Shown here one piece after another: positions 1-7,649 of a DNA stretch of 15,967 nt; positions within the stretch are counted from its first letter, which is position 1, and each line of letters starts with the position of its first letter. The position numbers and the translations under genes are program-made. The DNA comes from Planctomycetota bacterium (GTDB lineage Bacteria; Planctomycetota; GCA-002687715; DRQF01), in the NCBI GenBank assembly GCA_027001995.1, contig JALTLO010000107.1, positions 1 through 15,967 on the forward strand. The letters run 5' to 3'. Under the pieces are notes generated by a model, which saw only the letters and a program-made list of their open reading frames with translations, ran no database searches and had not been told where the DNA came from.

Positions 1-377
1 GAAGTAGATTGGGCTTTGACTTTATCTTTCTTCTTGGACTTCTTGAGTCTGTCCTTTTGTACTTCCCGGGCTTTCTTTTGGAATTCTGCCATGACGCTCA
101 CAGAAGTGATGCGCGTGGTTTTCCCGGTCTTGACATCGAAAAGCCAAAGGTCATTGCCGTGTCTGCGTTCTACAGGGGGACGATAGAGATAGGCGGCGTA
201 TCGCCCATCTTGGGAGAAAGACATACCCCGGGCTGATGGCCCAAACATGGGCTTCTTGGGAAAAATGCTTGCTAAAGTCCACGGATCTTGGACCTTCTTC
301 TCCTGAGGTTTTTCTTGAGAGATCAGGGGCAGGCACAAGCAGAAGACAACCATGGGGATCAGAAGACGGACATTCAT
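1..377 (-). CDS. Secreted protein, 5' part only (runs off the window); probable S9/DPP-IV-family peptidase or TolB-like beta-propeller protein
   Basis: Manual translation from ATG at 377 is open to the window edge: MNVRLLIPMVVFCLCLPLISQEKPQEKKVQDPWTLASIFPKKPMFGPSARGMSFSQDGRYAAYLYRPPVERRHGNDLWLFDVKTGKTTRITS... It has a signal peptide and propeller-blade motifs (FSxDGRYAAY, DLWLFDVKTGK). The catalytic domain is not in the window. Confidence 0.7.
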   Translation of the reverse strand, partial: MNVRLLIPMVVFCLCLPLISQEKPQEKKVQDPWTLASIFPKKPMFGPSARGMSFSQDGRYAAYLYRPPVERRHGNDLWLFDVKTGKTTRITSVSVMAEFQKKAREVQKDRLKKSKKKDKVKAQST

Positions 378-609
378 AGCGATTCTCGTGAGACTCAGTT
401 TCGAGGGAATTCGATGCTCAGTATACACGCCCAGGCAATTACCATCTTTCGGTCAATCTCAGCAAGAATTTCATTCGGGATTCCCCCCTTTGAGACCAAT
501 ACCTTGATTCTGAAGCAAGATCCCATCAACCCCTCATTCCAGGGTGCCCCACTTCCTCCCATTCGGACGCTTAGATCGCGCTTGAAGGGATCTTCTCAGC
601 CTTTGGCGC

Positions 610-639
610 TTGACTGGCCCTCCTGCGGTTGAGTAAGTT
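610..639 (+). promoter_or_regulatory. Candidate sigma70-type promoter of the ABC operon
   Basis: TTGACT (610-615), an 18-bp spacer and TAAGTT (634-639), ending 21 bp before the ATG at 661. Motif match only. Confidence 0.35.
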
Positions 640-660
640 AGGCCCCAGCAGCGAAACACA

Positions 661-1092
661 ATGAACAAACTCATTCACATCATTCTCCTTTTGACTATTC
701 TTCCGGGATTCTTCATGCCCGCTGAAGTCATCGTCTGCCTCACGAATGGTGTGGGAGATACTTGCTGCTTGGAAGAATCTGGAGACGGCTGCCCGATCCG
801 GGACCGCAAGAGCGCCAATGAACCTTGCTACCCCGAAGATGAGAGTTCATGTTCATCTAGTCAGGACGAGGGCGAAAAACTGCCCATCATCGTCAAAGAA
901 TGTTCTTGCTGCGTTGTCATCAAAAACTCCCAAGATTCCCTCGATCAAACTCGCCTGGTCGGTCACCTTGGACTTCCCCCCGTAGCCCTTTCTTTGGACA
1001 CCTCCCTGGCGGTCGTTTCCCGACTGCAAAGGCCCCAGGACACAAGGGGTATGATCCACGATCCCCCACGAAGACTTCCCCTCATTATTTAG
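661..1092 (+). CDS. Cys-rich small exported protein (143 aa); possible metal-sensing leader ORF
   Basis: Hydrophobic N-terminus, 9 Cys (CC, CSCC) in an acidic tract and a Pro-rich C-terminus (HDPPRRLPLII). It lies directly upstream of the TolC-like gene. Confidence 0.7.
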   Translation: MNKLIHIILLLTILPGFFMPAEVIVCLTNGVGDTCCLEESGDGCPIRDRKSANEPCYPEDESSCSSSQDEGEKLPIIVKECSCCVVIKNSQDSLDQTRLVGHLGLPPVALSLDTSLAVVSRLQRPQDTRGMIHDPPRRLPLII

Positions 1093-1096
1093 AGCA

Positions 1097-1160
1097 TCTT
1101 TACCGCACCTCTATGCCCACACAGATTCGTCCTTGGGCCAGACAAGCATCGGTGAAGGAG
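1097..1160 (+). promoter_or_regulatory. Predicted mRNA hairpin occluding the Shine-Dalgarno of the TolC-like gene
   Basis: TCTTTACCG (1097-1105) pairs with CGGTGAAGG (1150-1158), giving 9 bp with 2 G-U pairs, and overlaps SD AAGGAG (1155-1160). An inner stem GCCCA/TGGGC (1115-1119/1134-1138) is also possible. Confidence 0.5.
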
Positions 1161-1166
1161 TATTGA

Positions 1167-2552
1167 ATGAAAGATCTGAGGCACCTGGCACTTTGCCTGG
1201 TTGTTTCCATCTCGTTTAGTTGCGCAACGCCACCCGAAGACCCCATAGACGACACCCAACTGGTTTCGAGCTTAGAGTCTCGAACCCATGATATGGCCCT
1301 GTTGCGCCAGGCTCTCAGTCAGGTGTCTGTTGGTGAGTTATCCCTGCTCCCCAGCAACTGGGAAGACATAGTGAGTAATCCAAACACCACAACTTACTGG
1401 CAAGCAAGGGCATTGGCTTGGGAGAGAAACTCCCGGCAAGCACGGTGGTCCCTGGCCGTTGAATTGGCAAAAACTGAGTCTGCCGGATTCCCAGATCCGA
1501 TAGAAGTTAGCCAAAGAACTGACGACTTGAGTGATCTTGGGTTGAACAATCAAATCAATGTTGTCTTCGACTTGCTTGGCATCCTCGGACTTGGACGAGC
1601 CCCAGCGGAAGCAGCCCTGGCTCGCCGTGAATGCCGCGCTGCCTTGGGAGCCCTAGAGCTGTCAACTTGGAGAGCCAATTTTGATGTTTTGGGTGCCCTC
1701 GTTGATCTGGCCTGCGCTCAAGGCAAGGAATCAGATCTGAGCTTAGAACTCAAAGAAGCTCGCCGTGGCAAGAAAAGAGCACAAGAACTGGTCAACATGG
1801 GGCGCATTGGGGTCGCCGACCAAAGTCGAATAGACGGATTCCTTGATTTACTTGGGTCCACCAGAGCGGATACCGCCGCAGAGGTGGCCAGATTCCAATC
1901 ACGGATGGCCACCGCATCTGGCCTCTTGGCAAACAGCCAAGCAATCAGGAACATCGATTCCCAAGTCCTCGACGCCATAGACTCATTCACAAAGAGCAGA
2001 AAACCTGAGCCATCCATGTCCGCGCTTTTGAATTCCCATCCCCAGCTTCGCCTGGATCGTCTTAACTACGCTGTCACCGAAGCAAAGCTCAGGAGCGTAG
2101 CTGCGGAAGCATGGCCAAAGGTGGGTCTTGGGCCTCGATTCGAGTTCAACTCCGACAGTTTCCTTACCGGAGGTATCCTGAGATTGAGCTTCCCATGGCC
2201 CGGATCAATTGGCGGCCTCATCGAAGCCGCCGCCCAGGAGCGCGCAGCCGCAAGAGCACGCCTGCAAGATAGCCTCTTAGATGTGACCGCAAAATTGAGA
2301 CAGGCATCCCGCTCTCGAAGGGTATTGGAGCAGGCCAGAGTTTCTCGAGTCATTCCAGCCTATCAAGCCAGCGCAATCACTTGGCGCGGCCAACAAGCGC
2401 GCTTTCAAGTCGATGAGAAAAGCTGGGACTTGTGGACAGACTCCCTCAATCTCCGGCGCCGGGCTATCATTGCCTATTGGGACAATCGCCGAGATTGCCT
2501 GAAAGCTGCCATTGAAGAAATGCGACACGGACAAGGGAGTGAGAATCCATGA
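1167..2552 (+). CDS. TolC-family outer-membrane efflux lipoprotein
   Basis: 461 aa with lipobox-like SFSC (Cys19) and SD AAGGAG. Two OEP-like halves of long amphipathic helices with beta hairpins (e.g. HPQLR...AEAKLRSVAAEAWPKVGLGP...GGILRLSFPW). Located before an adaptor gene. Confidence 0.8.
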   Translation: MKDLRHLALCLVVSISFSCATPPEDPIDDTQLVSSLESRTHDMALLRQALSQVSVGELSLLPSNWEDIVSNPNTTTYWQARALAWERNSRQARWSLAVELAKTESAGFPDPIEVSQRTDDLSDLGLNNQINVVFDLLGILGLGRAPAEAALARRECRAALGALELSTWRANFDVLGALVDLACAQGKESDLSLELKEARRGKKRAQELVNMGRIGVADQSRIDGFLDLLGSTRADTAAEVARFQSRMATASGLLANSQAIRNIDSQVLDAIDSFTKSRKPEPSMSALLNSHPQLRLDRLNYAVTEAKLRSVAAEAWPKVGLGPRFEFNSDSFLTGGILRLSFPWPGSIGGLIEAAAQERAAARARLQDSLLDVTAKLRQASRSRRVLEQARVSRVIPAYQASAITWRGQQARFQVDEKSWDLWTDSLNLRRRAIIAYWDNRRDCLKAAIEEMRHGQGSENP

Positions 2553-4051
2553 ACAAGATGCGACCAGATATTGATCTCACTTCTCTCGATCGTCCAGAGC
2601 CTAAGCTCAAACAACCTCGACGCTGGAAACTCATCTACGGCCTCCCCATCATCATTGTTGTTGTCTTTCTCGCTGTCCTCTCCAGTAGTATTCAGGACTT
2701 GCTGCGGTCAAAGGCAGAAGTGAGCGTGATACGGCCCCAAGTTGTCAGCGGCATCGCTGCCAGGAGCGGTAGCGTTGTCTTGCAAGCCGCGGGGTGGATC
2801 GAGCCAGAACCCTTCGCAAAATCAGTGTCCGCACTCACCACGGGTGTCATCGATGAAGTCCTGATTAAGGAATCTGACTTCGTTCGCAAAGGGCAACCCG
2901 TCGCCAGAATCATCGACTCAGAGAAACGGCTATTAGTGGATGAACGCCAAGCTCAAGTTCAAAAGGCCGAAGCCGAGTTAGAGTTGGCAAAAGCGGAATT
3001 CGATCATGCAGAATCCAGTTACGCCCAGAACTTAGAACTGACCGCGGCATTCGAGACAGCCAAGGCTATGGATGAAGCTCAAGAATTTGAAGTCAAACGG
3101 AACCAAGCATCAGCCAAAGCCCAGAAAGCCAAGGTCGCAATTCAAGAGGCCGAACTTGAAACCCAAAAATACCTGAGAAAGGAAGGAGCTTCTGGGCCGT
3201 GGCAAGTCGAGTTAGCACAGGCTAAGTGCGACGAAGAAAGAGCCAAACTTGAAGTCGTGAACGCCGAGTTGTCTCGATCAAGATCACTGAAGAATGCCAG
3301 CGAAGCCAAACTCAACAAAGCTAGCAAAGACCTCAAATTCCGTTTCGCCGACACTTTGCGCCTGAAAACGACCGCTGCCCGGGTCAAATTGGGGCAAGCG
3401 CGGTTGACGGAAGCAAGATCTGCTCTTGCCCAGGCCAAACTACAACTCAAATGGTGTGTCGTCCTTTCACCCACCGATGGCATCGTCATGGGAAGGATGG
3501 TCATGCCAGGTTCTTTGGTTTCTAAAAGGTCTGGCGAAAGCACCATTTGCACCCTCTACGATCCGAAGGAATTGCGCCTGCGCGTCGACGTGCCCCAAAC
3601 CGACATTGCAAAGGTCTCCATGGGCCAAGAAGTACGCGTCACCACTGGGGCCAAGAAAAGTGTTTACCAGGGAGTTGTCATTCGGATTTTGGACGAAGCC
3701 GACATCGCTAAAGTGACCCTCCAAGTCCATGTGAAGATCATCTCTGGCGACAACCTGATCAAACCAGAGATGTTGTGTCAAGCCAAGTTCATCGCAGCAG
3801 AAAAGACAAAACCGACGAAACCGAGAAGCGCAATCACCGTGCCCACCCGGCTGTTGGTGGGACAAGACAAGGTTTGGGTCGTCGACCCTATGGGAAAGGC
3901 GGCATCACTTCGTTCGATCCGAGTCGGCAGCAGAAACGGTGAATTCACCGAAATCTTAGAAGGCATCAACGAAAGCGACAAATTGATCGACCGTGGCAGA
4001 GAAGGCCTTCAGGACGGGCAAGCCATCACAATTGTAGAGGAATCAAAATGA
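2549..4051 (+). CDS. Efflux periplasmic adaptor subunit (HlyD/MacA-type membrane fusion protein)
   Basis: N-terminal TM, lipoyl halves (VSALTTGVIDEVLIKESDFVRKGQPVARI and VLSPTDGIV), a long coiled coil, a beta-barrel and a membrane-proximal domain (EILEGINESDKLI). ATGA overlap with the upstream gene. Confidence 0.9.
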   Translation: MNKMRPDIDLTSLDRPEPKLKQPRRWKLIYGLPIIIVVVFLAVLSSSIQDLLRSKAEVSVIRPQVVSGIAARSGSVVLQAAGWIEPEPFAKSVSALTTGVIDEVLIKESDFVRKGQPVARIIDSEKRLLVDERQAQVQKAEAELELAKAEFDHAESSYAQNLELTAAFETAKAMDEAQEFEVKRNQASAKAQKAKVAIQEAELETQKYLRKEGASGPWQVELAQAKCDEERAKLEVVNAELSRSRSLKNASEAKLNKASKDLKFRFADTLRLKTTAARVKLGQARLTEARSALAQAKLQLKWCVVLSPTDGIVMGRMVMPGSLVSKRSGESTICTLYDPKELRLRVDVPQTDIAKVSMGQEVRVTTGAKKSVYQGVVIRILDEADIAKVTLQVHVKIISGDNLIKPEMLCQAKFIAAEKTKPTKPRSAITVPTRLLVGQDKVWVVDPMGKAASLRSIRVGSRNGEFTEILEGINESDKLIDRGREGLQDGQAITIVEESK

Positions 4052-4737
4052 CGTACGTCAAGCTCCAGACCGTGACCAAATCTTACGGCAAAGGCGACCA
4101 GACCATTAGCCCTCTCAAAAACGTTGACCTCATGGTCAACAAAGGTGAGTTCTTCGTTCTCTTGGGACCATCTGGTTCTGGTAAGAGCACACTCCTCAAC
4201 TTAGTAGCAGGAATTGATGAGGCCAACGAAGGCCATGTTTCGGTGGCTGGACAGGACTTGGCGACTCTCTCCCGCTCTCAGCTTTCCGATTGGCGAGCCG
4301 CCAACATCGGGTACATTTTTCAACAACACAATCTGGTCCCAGTCTTGACCGCATATGAGAACGTCGAACTTCCCTTGGGCCTTTTCTCCTTCAATCGTAA
4401 GGAACGGCATGAGCGGGTTTCGATTGCCCTGGAAGCCGTGGGGCTTTTGGATCGCGCCAGCCATTTGCCCAAGCAACTCTCTGGAGGTCAAGAGCAACGA
4501 GTTGCCATCGCCCGAGCTATCGTGGCCAACCCACCTTTACTGGTAGCTGACGAGCCTACCGGAAACTTGGACGCCGATTCCGCGGATGGCGTTTTGACCT
4601 TACTCCAACGCCTCAATCAAGAGCGCGGGACGACAATCATGATGGTCACCCATGACCCTTTGGCCGCAGCACGAGGGAGCCGGGCCATGCGTCTCGACAA
4701 AGGACAATTGGCTCTTTTGAGCGGGAGTACACCATGA
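4048..4737 (+). CDS. ABC transporter ATP-binding protein (LolD/MacB/FtsE type)
   Basis: Walker A GPSGSGKS, signature LSGGQEQR, Walker B/D-loop LLVADEPTGNLD and H-loop VTHD. Confidence 0.95.
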   Translation: MTYVKLQTVTKSYGKGDQTISPLKNVDLMVNKGEFFVLLGPSGSGKSTLLNLVAGIDEANEGHVSVAGQDLATLSRSQLSDWRAANIGYIFQQHNLVPVLTAYENVELPLGLFSFNRKERHERVSIALEAVGLLDRASHLPKQLSGGQEQRVAIARAIVANPPLLVADEPTGNLDADSADGVLTLLQRLNQERGTTIMMVTHDPLAAARGSRAMRLDKGQLALLSGSTP

Positions 4738-5876
4738 GATACGGTTTACTCATGAGAAGAAGCCTCCTGCGAAGGAAGCTCCGGACCGTCCTCACTCTCG
4801 CGGGTGTCGCTTGTGCCGTTGCTCTCTTCGTCGCCGTTGAGTCTCTCAACGACGGCATGGAGTCCGCTTTGGGTGGAGCCGAATCGCGGAGAACACTGAT
4901 CGTCTATCGTAAGAATCGCTATTGTCCCCAGACATCTAATTTGCCCCAGAACTACACCAGAAGAATTCAAGAAGTCCCTGGGGTCGAGTCCGTCCTTCCA
5001 GTCAAAGTGTTTCTCAATAACTGCCGTACAAGCCTCGACATGATCACCTTCCATGGTGCACCTGTGGAGGACATGCTCCGGTCCAAGAAAATTTCTCTCA
5101 TCGAAGGCGACTTAAACCGCTTCAAGAACGAACCGGACTCAGCACTTGTCGGTCAGGGCTTCGCAAGCCGCCGCGGACTCAGCGTCGGGGACAACTTTCG
5201 CTTCGGTGCAGTCAACGTAAAGATCGCTGGGCTCTTCACCTCAGAAGAAGCCACAGAAGATGAAATCATCTTCACCCATCTGGAGTATCTCCAGCGGGCA
5301 GGCCCAATCAATCGGTTGGGCACGGTCACTCAATTTGAGGTGAGGGTCGAAGATCCGGACGAAGCCATCTTGATCGCCGAGAAAATTGACGATGTCTTTC
5401 GAACCGCTGAAGAACCCACGGCAACACGTCCGAAAATCGCTTTCTTGGAGAACGCCACAAAGGATCTCCGGGAGATTCTACGCTTCGGTCGTATCTTTGG
5501 TCTCACGTGTGTCTTGGTGGCCTTGGCTCTCATGGCCGGAACGGTGGTGATGAGCGTGCAGGAAAGGTTCTCAGAGTTCGGAGTTTTTCGCACCATCGGC
5601 TATAAGGCCCGTCACATTGTCCTCCTTGTCTTAGGAGAATCGGTCATCTTGGGCATCGTTGGCGCCAGCGCCGGTTTACTTTTGGCAATTGTTTTGATTC
5701 TCGCCAGCGACATTTCCATCGGTGTGGAAGGGATCCAAGTCGCCTTTTTGGTCAGCCCCCTACTGGTGGCAAAAGGTTTCCTCATGGCCCTTGCTTGTGC
5801 ACTCCTAGCCGCCATCCTTCCCGCGGTTCAGGCCGCTCGCCTTCATGTTGTCGATGCCCTGAGGAGCAACGGATGA
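4734..5876 (+). CDS. ABC transporter permease 1 (MacB periplasmic domain + FtsX domain)
   Basis: RRKLRTVLTLAGV TM1, a large periplasmic domain, and SVQERFSEFGVFRTIGY followed by C-terminal TMs ending PAVQAARLHVVDALR. Confidence 0.9.
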   Translation: MRYGLLMRRSLLRRKLRTVLTLAGVACAVALFVAVESLNDGMESALGGAESRRTLIVYRKNRYCPQTSNLPQNYTRRIQEVPGVESVLPVKVFLNNCRTSLDMITFHGAPVEDMLRSKKISLIEGDLNRFKNEPDSALVGQGFASRRGLSVGDNFRFGAVNVKIAGLFTSEEATEDEIIFTHLEYLQRAGPINRLGTVTQFEVRVEDPDEAILIAEKIDDVFRTAEEPTATRPKIAFLENATKDLREILRFGRIFGLTCVLVALALMAGTVVMSVQERFSEFGVFRTIGYKARHIVLLVLGESVILGIVGASAGLLLAIVLILASDISIGVEGIQVAFLVSPLLVAKGFLMALACALLAAILPAVQAARLHVVDALRSNG

Positions 5877-7027
5877 AACTTCTTCCATGGGAATATCCCC
5901 TACGCAACATCATGAGAAGACCTGGGCGAGCTATCCTGACTGCCGGTTGTAGCGCATTGGCTGCGGCGCTCATCGTCGGAACCGTCGCCTTCGTCCGCGG
6001 CTTGGAAACCAGTGCCCTGCGCAGCGCTCCGAAGAAAACAGCCATCTTGTTGTCCCAATCCTCCCAGAGAGACTTGGTCAGATCGGCGATTCCAGCCTCG
6101 GTTGGGGACTTGGTTGCCGCCGATGTCAGGGGCATCGCATTAGAAGGAGGCGTCCCCTGTGTGTCCAGCGAGATCCACATGGGAACGAAGATCAAATTCA
6201 GCTCCACTGAAGGACAAGGATTTCTCCGGGGAGTGACCAAACGAGCTTTCTTGGTCCATGAAGCGGTCACCCTGATAGAAGGAAAACCGTCTGCTCCGGG
6301 GGAGATCATTGTGGGACGCCTGGCCGCTGATCGTCTCGGCCTGGAAAGAGGTGCCATCAAGGTTGGGTCAAGACTGAGCTTCGAGGACAGGGAATTCACA
6401 GTCTCAGGTATTTTCGCGGCTCCCGGTACGACATTAGAATCCGAAATTTGGGTACCTCTCTACGAGCTCATGGGGCTCACTTCTCGAGACGATATTTCGG
6501 CAGTATTCGTGCGCCTGGAATCAGACGAAGACATGGACTACGTCGACCTCTTTGCCAAAAGACGCCTCGATCTTGAGCTTATTTCAATCCCGGCATCTGT
6601 CTACTACGCCGAAATGGCTGCCTACTTCGCCCCCATCAAACGCATAGCTTGGATGATGGCCCTCATGGTTGGGTTAGCGGCACTCTTTGGTGGTGCCAAT
6701 ATCATGAATGCCGCTGTCCAAGATCGCATGCGCGAATTAGCCACATTGCGAGCTGTGGGGTATTCTGGGCTTGCCTTGGTCATAGCATTGCTCATCGAAT
6801 CGACCCTCTACGCCGGGTTAGGGGCTATTGTTGGTCTTCTCATTGCCAAGTACTCTATTGCTGGGGGGAGTATTAGCTTGGCCATGCAGGCATTCGAATT
6901 AGAAGTCGGAGCCCTTGCCATAGTCTTCGGCTTCCTAGGTACTTGGCTCTTGGCGCTGATGGGAACCATCCCGTCCTGCTGGCGAGCAAGCCGTTGCCAA
7001 ATTTCACTGGCTCTGAAGGAACGATAG
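5873..7027 (+). CDS. ABC transporter permease 2 (MacB/FtsX type), 384 aa
   Basis: Start corrected to ATG 5873 (ATGA overlap, SD GAGGAG at 5861-5866). Contains RNIMRRPGRAILT TM1, the AVQDRMRELATLRAVGY motif and a C-terminal PSCWRASRCQISLALK. Confidence 0.9.
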   Translation: MKLLPWEYPLRNIMRRPGRAILTAGCSALAAALIVGTVAFVRGLETSALRSAPKKTAILLSQSSQRDLVRSAIPASVGDLVAADVRGIALEGGVPCVSSEIHMGTKIKFSSTEGQGFLRGVTKRAFLVHEAVTLIEGKPSAPGEIIVGRLAADRLGLERGAIKVGSRLSFEDREFTVSGIFAAPGTTLESEIWVPLYELMGLTSRDDISAVFVRLESDEDMDYVDLFAKRRLDLELISIPASVYYAEMAAYFAPIKRIAWMMALMVGLAALFGGANIMNAAVQDRMRELATLRAVGYSGLALVIALLIESTLYAGLGAIVGLLIAKYSIAGGSISLAMQAFELEVGALAIVFGFLGTWLLALMGTIPSCWRASRCQISLALKER

Positions 7028-7060
7028 AAACACCCGTTTGTTTGTCTAAAGGAGAATCAC

Positions 7061-7573
7061 ATGAATCTTAAATCAATTGTCATTGTCACCATTCTTGCCT
7101 GCCTCTCTTCCTGCGGCGACAGTTCCAACCCCACCGAGAACAATGGGACATCCTCATCTCAACCCGCCAAAGCTGAACTCGTCATGAAGTCGGCCCCCCA
7201 AGATTCGACGGCAGTAAAGGCCATGAAAGACAGCGTCCAAGATGGAGACGAAGTGATGGTTCACGGGCGCATCAGAGAATTCGTTGAAGGTTTCGCCGGT
7301 TTCACTCTCGTGGATGAGAAAATGCGCCATTGCGATGAACGCAATGACGACAATTGCAAAACGCCTTGGGACTATTGCTGCGAAGATTCTACTGAGATGG
7401 TAAACCACAGCGTCACGGTTGAAGTCCACGAAGATGGAAGAATTTCGAAATCCACTCTCTCAGGTCTCGGGGGCATGGACAGGCTCAAAAACGTCGTCGT
7501 CGAGGGCAAGGTCAAGAAAAGCACTGACGGAAACGTCATCGTCATAGCCACGGGCATTTTCGTCCGCCCATGA
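7061..7573 (+). CDS. Uncharacterised lipoprotein with C-x7-C-x6-CC (CKTPWDYCC) motif, probable OB-like fold
   Basis: SD AAGGAGA, lipobox LSSC (Cys18), a Ser/Thr linker and beta-strand pattern GDEVMVHGRI...VVVEGKVKK...VIVIATGIFV. It is 33 bp after permease 2. Confidence 0.85.
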   Translation: MNLKSIVIVTILACLSSCGDSSNPTENNGTSSSQPAKAELVMKSAPQDSTAVKAMKDSVQDGDEVMVHGRIREFVEGFAGFTLVDEKMRHCDERNDDNCKTPWDYCCEDSTEMVNHSVTVEVHEDGRISKSTLSGLGGMDRLKNVVVEGKVKKSTDGNVIVIATGIFVRP

Positions 7574-7649
7574 TCCACCGCGCAGAGCTTGTGAGCAGCG
7601 GCCATTCTTCCTATTCAGAAAATGAGTATTGCAACTTCACGAGACAAAA

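Noticed and set aside
9..632. ORFs 9..236 (+), 151..336 (-) and 288..632 (+)
   Set aside because: Shadows of the real minus-strand gene at 1-377 and its promoter region; no protein-like features.
610..639. MerR-type metal-responsive promoter (TTGACT...TAAGTT resembles the mer promoter)
   Set aside because: The spacer is 18 bp rather than 19-20 bp, it has no dyad symmetry, and no MerR gene is in the window.
5795..5872. Cys-containing N-terminal extension of permease 2 (MCTPSRH...SCCRCP)
   Set aside because: It overlaps permease 1 in another frame. ATG 5873 has an SD and an ATGA overlap, so these Cys residues are artefactual.
661..7573. Selenocysteine read-through or a RiPP cluster with the Cys-rich ORF as precursor
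   Set aside because: The Cys-motif genes contain no in-frame TGA and the TGA stops are ordinary ATGA overlaps. No RiPP maturase or C39 peptidase domain is present.
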